Assembly (NCBI GenBank): GCA_944325655.1
Contig: CALVAW010000001.1
Span: forward strand, 80,651 to 144,650
DNA: 64,000 nucleotides
Source: Candidatus Gastranaerophilales bacterium
Lineage (GTDB): Bacteria > Cyanobacteriota > Vampirovibrionia > Gastranaerophilales > Gastranaerophilaceae
Direction of reading: 5' to 3'
The notes beneath the pieces are model-generated. The model was not told the DNA's origin. It worked only from the letters and a program-made list of their open reading frames with translations, and made no database searches. The position numbers and the translations under genes are program-made. Shown one piece after another: positions 37,049 to 45,682 of the stretch. Positions within the stretch are counted from its first letter, which is position 1. Each line of letters starts with the position of its first letter.

Positions 37049-38743
37049 ATGAATCGAATAAATATCAATCAACCAAATCAAAGATATATAAAAAAACAAA
37101 GAGCAAACAGCAAAAAGAATCTTTGTAAAGAAACTATGGTTTCTGAAAAACCGACAACTTTAAAAGATATAAAATTTAAAGAAGGTATTGCATACATAAA
37201 CGGAGAAACATTCAGCGGAAGCGTAGAAGATACGCTCAAGAGTGGAGATAAAATAATTCTGGAATACTTAGACGGAATTATTAAAAAATCAACAAGAAAA
37301 GGGGTAAAAGGTTTTGAAAAAACTTACGAAGGAACTCCAAAAAATTTCAAAATAACTGCTCTTCAAAATGGTATAAAAAAAACATATCTCCCGCAAGAGA
37401 TGGCAAACAAAGCAAGACATTCTCAAATTGCTTTTTATAACTTAGTAAAAAGACAATATGAATTATCACCTGAAGAATTTGAAAAACAAGCCGGAAGTAT
37501 AAAACATAAAAACAAAAAACAAACTCACTATATTGAAGAGTTTTTATCAGAAAAAAGAGTTCTGATTTTTCTTCAAAAAAAAGCCGAATTGGAAGCTATT
37601 ACTGCACAAATAGAAAAAATAAAAAGCAAAACAAATCGAAGCTTCGAAGAAGAAATCAAAATACAAGAACTATTGGTTCAACAAGCAAGAGCTGAACTTG
37701 AAGTTGAAAGATTATCACACAGTCCGAGTAAATATAAAATTGAACAATTAAAAAGAAAACTGGAATTAGCAAAAAATGATTTAGCGCAAACAAAACAATA
37801 CTATCAAATTGTACCTTTTGATATCCCAAAACAAGAAACCTTAAGAAAACCTGTACAATACATTACGGAAACATATACGGATATCAGCCCCGAAAACAAG
37901 CATTTATACACCAAAAACACAGCCGACTACCAATTTTATATACAAAACAGGAACTTAACACCAGATAGCGATATTAATTTATTTGAAGGTTTTGATAAAA
38001 AACCTTATGACATACCGGAACGTTTTGCAATAATGACAGATAATGCTGTAAGAAAGCAAGGAAACGCATATATAATTGAATCCGTACCTGAGATTTTTGA
38101 AGGTATTGATAAAAAAGAAATTATAGATACACTTAGCATATTTGCAAGGTCCAAAAAAGATAAAGTAGGTTATACAATCAATATCGGCGGCAAAAGAATT
38201 AATATAATCAAAATAGGCGAAGGAGAAGTCGGTGATGTATACAAACTTACCGACGAAAAAGGAAATACTGCTGCATTAAAAATATTTTCCACCGCAAGAG
38301 GTTATTCTTTAGATGTTAATTCTTCCATGACTGAAATTCCCACTTCAAGACAATTAACCAAAGATAAAGTTGTTGATGTACCAAAATTCTATATGGCAAA
38401 CGGTGCTTTGACAAAACGTGTTAATAATGAAACTTATCAGGATGTTCCTTGGATGTTATCTGAATTTATAGAAGATGATAAAATTCCGGATGAAGGCAAA
38501 AAACTCTCCGAATGGCTCCAAGAACATTTTATGTACCATGGCGATATAGCAAAAAACGGCAGAACCAATGGCAGCTATGTTCTTGATATTGGAGGGATTG
38601 TTTCAAATAACCTACAAGAAGGACGCCAAGATTTCGGTATAGCCGGTCTTGACGGCTGTAATAAAAATAACCTTAATAATTTGCTTGAAAAAGCCTTGAA
38701 AACAGGTATGGGCGTTGAAGATATAATAAAAATATTTGAATAA
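37049..38743 (+). CDS. hypothetical coiled-coil protein with minimal protein-kinase-like C-terminal domain
   Basis: IGEGEVGDVYKL (GxGxxGxV), AALKIF (AxK), YHGDIAKNG (HxD), LDIGG (DxG) in kinase order within about 140 aa. Central heptad-rich region. N-terminal MORN/YwqK-like beta repeats. Confidence 0.6.
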   Translation: MNRININQPNQRYIKKQRANSKKNLCKETMVSEKPTTLKDIKFKEGIAYINGETFSGSVEDTLKSGDKIILEYLDGIIKKSTRKGVKGFEKTYEGTPKNFKITALQNGIKKTYLPQEMANKARHSQIAFYNLVKRQYELSPEEFEKQAGSIKHKNKKQTHYIEEFLSEKRVLIFLQKKAELEAITAQIEKIKSKTNRSFEEEIKIQELLVQQARAELEVERLSHSPSKYKIEQLKRKLELAKNDLAQTKQYYQIVPFDIPKQETLRKPVQYITETYTDISPENKHLYTKNTADYQFYIQNRNLTPDSDINLFEGFDKKPYDIPERFAIMTDNAVRKQGNAYIIESVPEIFEGIDKKEIIDTLSIFARSKKDKVGYTINIGGKRINIIKIGEGEVGDVYKLTDEKGNTAALKIFSTARGYSLDVNSSMTEIPTSRQLTKDKVVDVPKFYMANGALTKRVNNETYQDVPWMLSEFIEDDKIPDEGKKLSEWLQEHFMYHGDIAKNGRTNGSYVLDIGGIVSNNLQEGRQDFGIAGLDGCNKNNLNNLLEKALKTGMGVEDIIKIFE

Positions 38744-38772
38744 ATATTTTTATTTCATGTTATTATTAACCT

Positions 38773-39135
38773 ATGTTTGAAGTAAAAATTGAAACAAGTT
38801 TTTCATCTGCGCATCATTTGCTAAACTACAAAGGCAAATGCGAAAATCCCCATGGGCATAACTGGAAAGTCGAAGTTTATGCAAAAGGTAATAATCTTGA
38901 TAAATCAAACATTCTAATTGATTTCAAGGTATTAAAAAAAGAAATAAACGAAATTATAGATTACCTTGATCATAAAGATTTGAATGAATTACCTGAATTT
39001 AAAGGCGAAAGTCCAAGCTCGGAATTTATTGCAAGATATATATATAATGAAGCTAAAAAACGTTTTACTTCAATCAGCCGCGTAGATGTTTGGGAAACTG
39101 CAACATCACGTGCAAGTTATTTTGAAGAAAATTAA
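38773..39135 (+). CDS. queD: 6-carboxy-5,6,7,8-tetrahydropterin synthase
   Basis: FSSAHHLLNYKGKCENPHGHNWKVEV zinc/catalytic motif; 120 aa. Confidence 0.9.
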   Translation: MFEVKIETSFSSAHHLLNYKGKCENPHGHNWKVEVYAKGNNLDKSNILIDFKVLKKEINEIIDYLDHKDLNELPEFKGESPSSEFIARYIYNEAKKRFTSISRVDVWETATSRASYFEEN

Positions 39136-39146
39136 AAGGAGTTTAC

Positions 39147-39989
39147 ATGCAAACTGTTCAAGCTGTAATAACAGGAGCTATCCAAGGTCTGAGCGAATTC
39201 TTGCCTATATCAAGTTCAGCCCATATAGTTTTTTCTCATGAGTTATACGGGCTTTTAACAGGCGCCCCTATTAGTCAAGAAATTAATCAAGAAGAAATTT
39301 TCTTTGATATTTTAGTGCATTTAGCAACTTTATTTGCAGTTATAATATATTTTTTCAAAGATTTAAAAAACATCTTTACGGAATTCTTTAAATCCGTTAA
39401 AGAAAAAAATTATAACTCAGAAAATACTAAATTAGTAGGTTATATAGCACTTTCTGTTATAATAACGGGCATAATCGGACTCATTTTAAAAGAAAAAGTT
39501 GAATTTTTAACAGCAAATCCGCAAATAGTTTGTTTTTTGCTTATGGGAACAGGATTTATTCTTTTATTCAGCGAAAAAATGTATAAAGGAGACAAACAAC
39601 TATCACTGAAAACAGCAATATGGGTATCAATTGCTCAAGGTTTGGCGGTATTCCCGGGCTTTTCAAGAAGCGGATTGACAATCTCGACAGCACTATTGTG
39701 CGGAATGAAAAGAGTAGAAGCAGCAAGATTCTCCTTTTTAATGAGTATTCCCGTTATTTTACTTGCGAGCTTAGTCTATCCGTTAATGGAATTAAATTTT
39801 AATCAAATTTTAACCTTTAACTTGAAAGCTCTCTTAATAGGCTCGTTTACTGCCTTTGTAGTCGGTTATTTATGTATAAAATATTTTATGAAGCTTTTGG
39901 GGAAGTTAAGTCTAAGAAGCTTCGGTTATTATTGCCTTGTGGCATCTGTTGTGATGTTTTTTGTATTTCAATTCTTTTATCATCAATAA
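39147..39989 (+). CDS. uppP: undecaprenyl-diphosphate phosphatase
   Basis: GLSEFLPISSSAHI, GFSRSGLTIS, 8 TMs. Confidence 0.9.
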   Translation: MQTVQAVITGAIQGLSEFLPISSSAHIVFSHELYGLLTGAPISQEINQEEIFFDILVHLATLFAVIIYFFKDLKNIFTEFFKSVKEKNYNSENTKLVGYIALSVIITGIIGLILKEKVEFLTANPQIVCFLLMGTGFILLFSEKMYKGDKQLSLKTAIWVSIAQGLAVFPGFSRSGLTISTALLCGMKRVEAARFSFLMSIPVILLASLVYPLMELNFNQILTFNLKALLIGSFTAFVVGYLCIKYFMKLLGKLSLRSFGYYCLVASVVMFFVFQFFYHQ

Positions 39990-41478
39990 ATTTTAAATTT
40001 TCCTTATCAGGAAGCTTCTTTAAATAATTTATCATGGTCGTATCTTTATCATAATCAAGCTGTTCGGTTTCAAATTGAGGGTAAAGTTCCGGGTATTCAC
40101 CGTCTTTTTTAGCAACAAAATTATCATAAGCCAAAGTGTAAGTAACGTCTTCTGAAGGATTATTTATATCTATTGGGGTTTTTTTGCCGTCATTTTCAAC
40201 AAAATTTAACTCTAATAAATTTCCTTTGTCGTCAGCTTTATATGTTAAACCGCTTGCAATTAAAATTCCCGGAACCCCGTCTTTATTTTCAAAAGTTCGT
40301 TTCAATGCAGCTTTTATAGCTTCCGTTAATTGTTTCTGAGTTATTTTTGTCTTCATAAGTTTATTTTTCATTGGAGCGGATTCTTGAATATCTCTTTCCG
40401 TCAAAATTCCTGCCTGCGGAACTTTTCTTATATTTGCGGCATTTATTAACGCAATTTGAGTATTCAATTCGCTTCTCATAGAATCAGCTACCGCATTTGT
40501 CCAGGCACATGTAGCAATTCTGCGATTTTTAGCCAATGGTTCAATTTCCGAAATAACACCTACTTTTGGACTTTTTCCCAGATTTTCTTCTTTAATATAT
40601 TCAAGAATTGGAGATTTATTTTTATTTGTACTTTCAGTCAAAACATTTTCAACTGCTTTTAAAACGCCGTCTTCATCAAATTCAGCCTCGATTGTTCCGT
40701 AATATTTTCCGTTTTCTCCTGCTTGTACAATCAAAACAGGTTCTCCGGATTTTGAACGAACAATATTTTCTCCTTCTTTTGTGCCGTCAACAACAGTATG
40801 AGTATGACCTCCGACAATTATGTCAACTCCGTCAAGATTTTTTGCATATTCTTTATCTTTTTCATAACCGCTGTGAGAAAGCAAAACAATCTTGTTAATT
40901 CCCTGTGCTCTTAAATTGTTAATCTCATTCTGCAATGCTTCTATAGTTTGATTAAAATCCATAACCGTAAGATCTTTTAAATTTTCTTCTTTGGTACAAG
41001 TCATAAAATCAATGGGCATTGCTCCTACAAAACCATATTTAACGCCTTTTTGTTCTTTAATTACCGATTTTTTAATTACGCCTTCTGTGGAAGTATTTTG
41101 AGGCAATATTACATTTGTTGCAACAAACTGAACTTTTTTATTTTTTGCAACATCAGCTAAACCCTTTATACCGCCGTCAATTTCATGATTACCAACAGCA
41201 GATAAGTCAACTCCCATAATATTTTGCATTAAATTAACAATAAAATTATTTTTTTTGATATCTGCTCCGGAATAATTATCTCCCGCGGACAACACAAAAC
41301 TTACCGAATCTTTTTCAAGACTTTGCTTTTTAAACTGCTTTGCACCGTTAACAATCCCTGCCATTAAATCCGAATTTCCATGGGTATCATTGTAATAATA
41401 TATACTTAACTTTCTCGGATTTACCGGTTTTGTTGCATTTTTAAAAGCATTTATACTATATGAATTCATATTTATCAT
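39886..41478 (-). CDS. bifunctional metallophosphatase/5'-nucleotidase family protein
   Basis: YYYNDTHGN, SAGDN, GNHE, LSHSG, GGHTH metallophosphatase motifs plus the C-terminal 5'-nucleotidase domain. First ATG at 41478 (the track ORF starts at TTG 41502). No signal peptide. Confidence 0.8.
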   Translation of the reverse strand: MINMNSYSINAFKNATKPVNPRKLSIYYYNDTHGNSDLMAGIVNGAKQFKKQSLEKDSVSFVLSAGDNYSGADIKKNNFIVNLMQNIMGVDLSAVGNHEIDGGIKGLADVAKNKKVQFVATNVILPQNTSTEGVIKKSVIKEQKGVKYGFVGAMPIDFMTCTKEENLKDLTVMDFNQTIEALQNEINNLRAQGINKIVLLSHSGYEKDKEYAKNLDGVDIIVGGHTHTVVDGTKEGENIVRSKSGEPVLIVQAGENGKYYGTIEAEFDEDGVLKAVENVLTESTNKNKSPILEYIKEENLGKSPKVGVISEIEPLAKNRRIATCAWTNAVADSMRSELNTQIALINAANIRKVPQAGILTERDIQESAPMKNKLMKTKITQKQLTEAIKAALKRTFENKDGVPGILIASGLTYKADDKGNLLELNFVENDGKKTPIDINNPSEDVTYTLAYDNFVAKKDGEYPELYPQFETEQLDYDKDTTMINYLKKLPDKENLKFIDDKRIEIQKTSQQMPQGNNNRSFLDLTSPKAS

Positions 41479-41598
41479 ACTTACATAAAACTCTTGAAGC
41501 AAAAAAATTGCCCCTAATAAAATATTTAGTTTATAAGGTTGATTTAATTACAACCAACTTTAATTATACTTTATACAAAGATTCTTGCGGGAGATTTT

Positions 41599-42489
41599 AT
41601 GCCGATCAGTTCGAAAAAGAAAACAAATGAAAAAAAAGCAACTCTTGAAGTCATTAAACCTGTCAAAACAAAACCGTATAATGACATTGATTTAAATAAC
41701 TGGAAATTATATGAAAACGTAAAAACAGGCACATGGTGGGAGTTTTCATCACGTGAAAAAACCGGCGGACACAGTTATGACTACCATGGAAATTATATTC
41801 CTCAAATTGCCACTCAACTTTTAACAAGATACACTAAAAAGTCTGACATTGTATTGGATTTGTTTTTTGGTTCAGGAACAACCGGAATAGAAGCAAAAAA
41901 TATGCAAAGAAGGTGTATCGGAGTTGAACTTAAGCAAGAAATGGTTGATTATGTATCCGATAAATTTTCAAAAAAAGAATTAGTTGTAGATGTTAATATC
42001 ATCCAAGGAGACAGCGCGTCTGATAAAATCAAAGAAAAAATTAAAGCAAGACTCGAAATCATGGGAGAAAAAAATGCTCAATTTTTAATTTTACACCCCC
42101 CTTATGATGATATAATCAAATTCTCGGATAAAAAAGAAGACCTATCCAATTGTGCTACAACAGAAGAATTTTATGAGCTTTTTAAAAAAGTTGCAAAAAA
42201 CGGATATGATTTATTGGAAGAAAATCGTTTTGCAGCGCTTATTATAGGGGATAAATATACAAACAGCAGATATATTTCTCTCGGATTTGAATGTCAAAAA
42301 AGAATGGAAGAACTGGGTTTTGTTACAAAAGCAGTTATTGTAAAAAACATAACAGGAAATGAAAAAGCTAAAGGAAAAACCGCAAATTTATGGAGATACA
42401 GGGCATTATCAGGCGGTTTTAATATATTTGAACACGAATACATCATGATTTTTCAAAAAACCAAATTAAAGAAAATAAACAAAAAATAA
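41599..42489 (+). CDS. SAM-dependent N6-A/N4-C-type methyltransferase, orphan (DNA or RNA target unresolved)
   Basis: VLDLFFGSGTTGIEA (motif I, aa 86-98) precedes ILHPPYDD (motif IV, aa 164-171). No nuclease gene adjacent. Confidence 0.65.
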   Translation: MPISSKKKTNEKKATLEVIKPVKTKPYNDIDLNNWKLYENVKTGTWWEFSSREKTGGHSYDYHGNYIPQIATQLLTRYTKKSDIVLDLFFGSGTTGIEAKNMQRRCIGVELKQEMVDYVSDKFSKKELVVDVNIIQGDSASDKIKEKIKARLEIMGEKNAQFLILHPPYDDIIKFSDKKEDLSNCATTEEFYELFKKVAKNGYDLLEENRFAALIIGDKYTNSRYISLGFECQKRMEELGFVTKAVIVKNITGNEKAKGKTANLWRYRALSGGFNIFEHEYIMIFQKTKLKKINKK

Positions 42490-42513
42490 TCTAGGCAATA
42501 AATGAGAATACAT

Positions 42514-42544
42514 AAGACTGTTTACATATAGCAGTCTTTTTTTT
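42514..42544 (+). terminator. rho-independent terminator after the methyltransferase gene
   Basis: AAGACTG-11 nt-CAGTCTT followed by T8. The T-tract overlaps the stop codon of the convergent MFS gene. Confidence 0.7.
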
Positions 42545-44102
42545 ATGCTTTTTTATCCTTTTTAATTCCCTTAATAAACAAAATTAAAGGAATAATTGCA
42601 AGACAAGCTATTGCGCAAAATTCAAAAGTATCCCTAAATGCACCCATATTTGCCTGTTGCAGCATTTGCTTATACAACATTGTTTGAGCCATATATTTCG
42701 CACTTATCGGATCTGTTAATGATTGAAAAGTGGCAGTATAAGAATTTAACCTTTCAATGAAATTATCATTTAACATAGTAAGATTATCTACCAAAAAACT
42801 TTGATGAGCTTGTGCTTTTCTGGATATTAACGTTGTAACAATTGAAGTACCTATTGCGCCGCCAATATTTTTCAAAAGATTTTGTACGCCTGAAGCATTT
42901 GTCATTTGTTCATTGGTTAATGTCATGGTTGACAAAGTTATAATAGGTATCATACACATTGCCATCCCAACCCCCATAATAAAATTAGGAATTGCAATAC
43001 TTAATGTTGAAATTTGCAAATTCAATTCACACAACATAAAGCCTGATATACTTAATAAGCTCATACCAATTGTAACAAGTAACTTATTATTTATCTTACT
43101 TCCTATTGTTCCTATAAAAATTACGGTAGATAAAGCACCTATACCTCTTGGCATCATAGCAAGCCCCGATAAATAAGCATCATAACCCATCAAACCTTGC
43201 AAAAATTGCGGCAATATAGCCAACGACGCTAATAAAACTCCTTGCATTACAACCTGCATCAAAGTACCAAAGAAAAAATTACCGTCCTTAAATACTCTCA
43301 AATCCACCAAAGAATTTTTTCTTGTTGCTTGAATATAAAAGAAGCATATTGCAAAAACAACGGCAAAAAACGTTAGCCAACAAACCCAAGTAGAACCAAA
43401 CCAATCTGCATCATTTCCTTTATCTAAGACTATTTGCATACAAGTAAGCCAGCCTACCAGCATTAAAAAGCCCATTCCGTCAATTGAAACGTTATCTTGT
43501 TTTCTTGCATAGGGAGGATCTTCGATGCATTCTTTTGCTAAATAAACAGCCAAGATACCAACCGGAATATTAATAAAATATATAAAAGGCCAAGACCAAT
43601 TTGTTGTTATCCAACCTCCGAGTACAGGACCTATAATTGGCGCTATAACAACTACAAGACCAAACATGGCCATAGATTGAGCTCTTTTTTCAAGCGGAAA
43701 TAACTCCAAGTTCATTGCCTGAGCTAAAGGCAAAAGAGCGCCTCCTCCAAAACCTTGCAAAATCCTTGTTATTACCATCATTGGAAGAGAAGTTGCAATT
43801 CCGCACAAAAAAGAAGACACTGTAAAAATTATAATACTTAAAATAAAGAAATTTTTTCTTCCGATTAATTTTGAAAAAAAATCAACCGAAGGTATAACGA
43901 TACCTGATGCAATAAGATAACTTGTCAAAATCCAAGTACTTTCCTGCCTTGAAACGCTAAAACTGCCTGCCATATAAGGAAGGGCAACATTTGCAATGGT
44001 TTCATCCAAAACAAACATAAAAGCCGCTACCATAAGGGGTATGCAAGTTACCCAAGGATTATGTTTAGGTTGCCAATTTTCAGCAGTAGTATCATTTGCC
44101 AT
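42543..44102 (-). CDS. DHA2-family (EmrB/QacA-type) 14-TM MFS efflux pump
   Basis: 519 aa, 14 hydrophobic segments, LDETIANVALP and GRKNFF motifs. Adjacent to the EmrA-like adaptor. Confidence 0.85.
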   Translation of the reverse strand: MANDTTAENWQPKHNPWVTCIPLMVAAFMFVLDETIANVALPYMAGSFSVSRQESTWILTSYLIASGIVIPSVDFFSKLIGRKNFFILSIIIFTVSSFLCGIATSLPMMVITRILQGFGGGALLPLAQAMNLELFPLEKRAQSMAMFGLVVVIAPIIGPVLGGWITTNWSWPFIYFINIPVGILAVYLAKECIEDPPYARKQDNVSIDGMGFLMLVGWLTCMQIVLDKGNDADWFGSTWVCWLTFFAVVFAICFFYIQATRKNSLVDLRVFKDGNFFFGTLMQVVMQGVLLASLAILPQFLQGLMGYDAYLSGLAMMPRGIGALSTVIFIGTIGSKINNKLLVTIGMSLLSISGFMLCELNLQISTLSIAIPNFIMGVGMAMCMIPIITLSTMTLTNEQMTNASGVQNLLKNIGGAIGTSIVTTLISRKAQAHQSFLVDNLTMLNDNFIERLNSYTATFQSLTDPISAKYMAQTMLYKQMLQQANMGAFRDTFEFCAIACLAIIPLILFIKGIKKDKKA

Positions 44103-44103
44103 T

Positions 44104-45087
44104 TTATTTTACTTTCACCTTCGGAACTACGCTCATACCTGACACTATATTGTATTTGCTTGAATCAATTTTTTCATCAAAAACAATTTTTACAGGTATT
44201 CTTTGTACTATCTTAACAAAAGAACCTACAGCATTTTCAGGGGGGAATAAACTTGATTTTGCCCCCGAAGCCCTTTGAATTGAATCAACCTTGCCTTTAA
44301 ATTTTACATGAGGATAGGCATCTACTTTTATAGAAACAGGTTGCCCGGGGCGCATATTTCCCACTTGATTTTCTTTAAAATTTGCAACTACCCAAATTTT
44401 ATCAGGAACAATTGCAAACAAAGGACCGCCCGCAGAAACAAAGCTTCCCTTTTCAATTCTTCTGTTCGTTACTACGCCTGTATTTGGTGCTATTACATTT
44501 GTATATTCAAGATTTAATCTTGCTTGCTCCAAAATTGCAGCCAATGATTTTAAATCGGCGTCTGCAACATTTGTGCCTTTAGAAAGAATATCTTCCTTTG
44601 CTCTGGTTTGACTTGCTAAAACATTATCATAATTGGTCTGAGCATTATCCAAAACTTGCTTAGATACAGCACCTTCTTTATATAGAGCTTTATATCTATC
44701 TAAATCTGTTTTTGCAAGTCTAATCTGAGAATCAACTGATTTTAGCGTTGCTTTAGCATTCTTTTGATTAAACAATGCTCTTTCATAATTAGCTTTCGCT
44801 TGTTCATATTTAGATCTATACATCTCATCATCAATCTTTGCAACCAAGTCGCCTTCTTTAACATGCATATTATCTTTAACATAACTTTCTACAATATGCC
44901 CGGAAACCTTTGGTGTTACTTGAATAATATCAGCTTCAACATAAGCATCATCCGTTGATTGAAAATGACTTTCATAAAACAAATAGAGGCCCGTAAAAAA
45001 AGCCGCAATAATTATAATCGGAATTATGAATTTTCTTTTCTTAATTTTTTTATGTTCATCTTCTTTTATTTGTTCCGTTTCAGACAT
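44104..45087 (-). CDS. HlyD/EmrA-family periplasmic adaptor
   Basis: N-terminal TM, TDDAYVEADIIQVTPKVSGHI, coiled-coil hairpin, NTGVVTNRR, beta-barrel C-terminus. Confidence 0.85.
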   Translation of the reverse strand: MSETEQIKEDEHKKIKKRKFIIPIIIIAAFFTGLYLFYESHFQSTDDAYVEADIIQVTPKVSGHIVESYVKDNMHVKEGDLVAKIDDEMYRSKYEQAKANYERALFNQKNAKATLKSVDSQIRLAKTDLDRYKALYKEGAVSKQVLDNAQTNYDNVLASQTRAKEDILSKGTNVADADLKSLAAILEQARLNLEYTNVIAPNTGVVTNRRIEKGSFVSAGGPLFAIVPDKIWVVANFKENQVGNMRPGQPVSIKVDAYPHVKFKGKVDSIQRASGAKSSLFPPENAVGSFVKIVQRIPVKIVFDEKIDSSKYNIVSGMSVVPKVKVK

Positions 45088-45097
45088 AAAATATCTC

Positions 45098-45553
45098 CTA
45101 TATATTTGTTCTTACTATTTTTTCAACTATGCTCTTTAATCTTTTTAAGGTTTTTGATGTCTCATCAATTGTTTTCTCATCAATTTTTTTTCTTATTTCC
45201 AATGACAAAGGCAATAATATCCCAAGAACTCTCTCATTTATCTCAGTACCCTTTGGAGTCAAAGTCAATATTTTTGCGGGTCTGTTTTTTTTGGTTGAAA
45301 GTTTTACTTCAATTAATCCTTTATTTTTAAGAGAATTAACCAATTTACCGGTACCGGCTCTATCCTTTAAAATTATTCTTGCCAGATCTCTCTGACAACA
45401 TTCATTTGTTTCAGAAATAACTGATATAGCCAGATGCTCCATTGCGTTCACACCCAAATTCAATTCCTTAAAAAATTGCTCAAAAATAACATGAAAATAT
45501 CTTGCGCAAGAATTGATGTGATAAAAAATTGAATCTTCGTATTTAACCTTCAT
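45098..45553 (-). CDS. MarR-family transcriptional regulator
   Basis: 151 aa. Winged HTH (QRDLARIILKDRAGTGKLVNSLKNKGLI). First gene of the efflux operon. Confidence 0.8.
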   Translation of the reverse strand: MKVKYEDSIFYHINSCARYFHVIFEQFFKELNLGVNAMEHLAISVISETNECCQRDLARIILKDRAGTGKLVNSLKNKGLIEVKLSTKKNRPAKILTLTPKGTEINERVLGILLPLSLEIRKKIDEKTIDETSKTLKRLKSIVEKIVRTNI

Positions 45554-45612
45554 AGTTCCCTTTATAGTTGTTAAAATTTTTTTGTAAATCGTAAATATGT
45601 TGTATAAATTAC

Positions 45613-45630
45613 ATGTTGCTTTTGCAACAT
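45613..45630. promoter_or_regulatory. candidate MarR operator (ATGTTGC-N4-GCAACAT)
   Basis: Perfect 7-bp inverted repeat in the 129-nt divergent intergenic region. A related half-site ATGTTGT lies at 45597-45603. Confidence 0.45.
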
Positions 45631-45682
45631 TAATATGCTAACATTCTATTGTTAAAAATGCAATAAAAATTTTGAGGAAAAT

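Noticed and set aside
41380-41502. A shared Asn/Ile/Phe-rich N-terminal pattern as a possible non-classical export signal. Examples are IKFNN, ISFKAN, ISFTNK, INFTNN and INAFKN. It occurs in the repeat paralogs, the 635-aa ORFan, the 219-aa protein and the signal-less 5'-nucleotidase.
   Set aside because: Asn, Ile, Phe and Lys are the residues favoured by AT-rich codons. The exact I-x-F-x-N form is shared only by the paralogs (through homology) and one other protein. That is too few independent instances to separate from composition bias without a genome-wide enrichment test.
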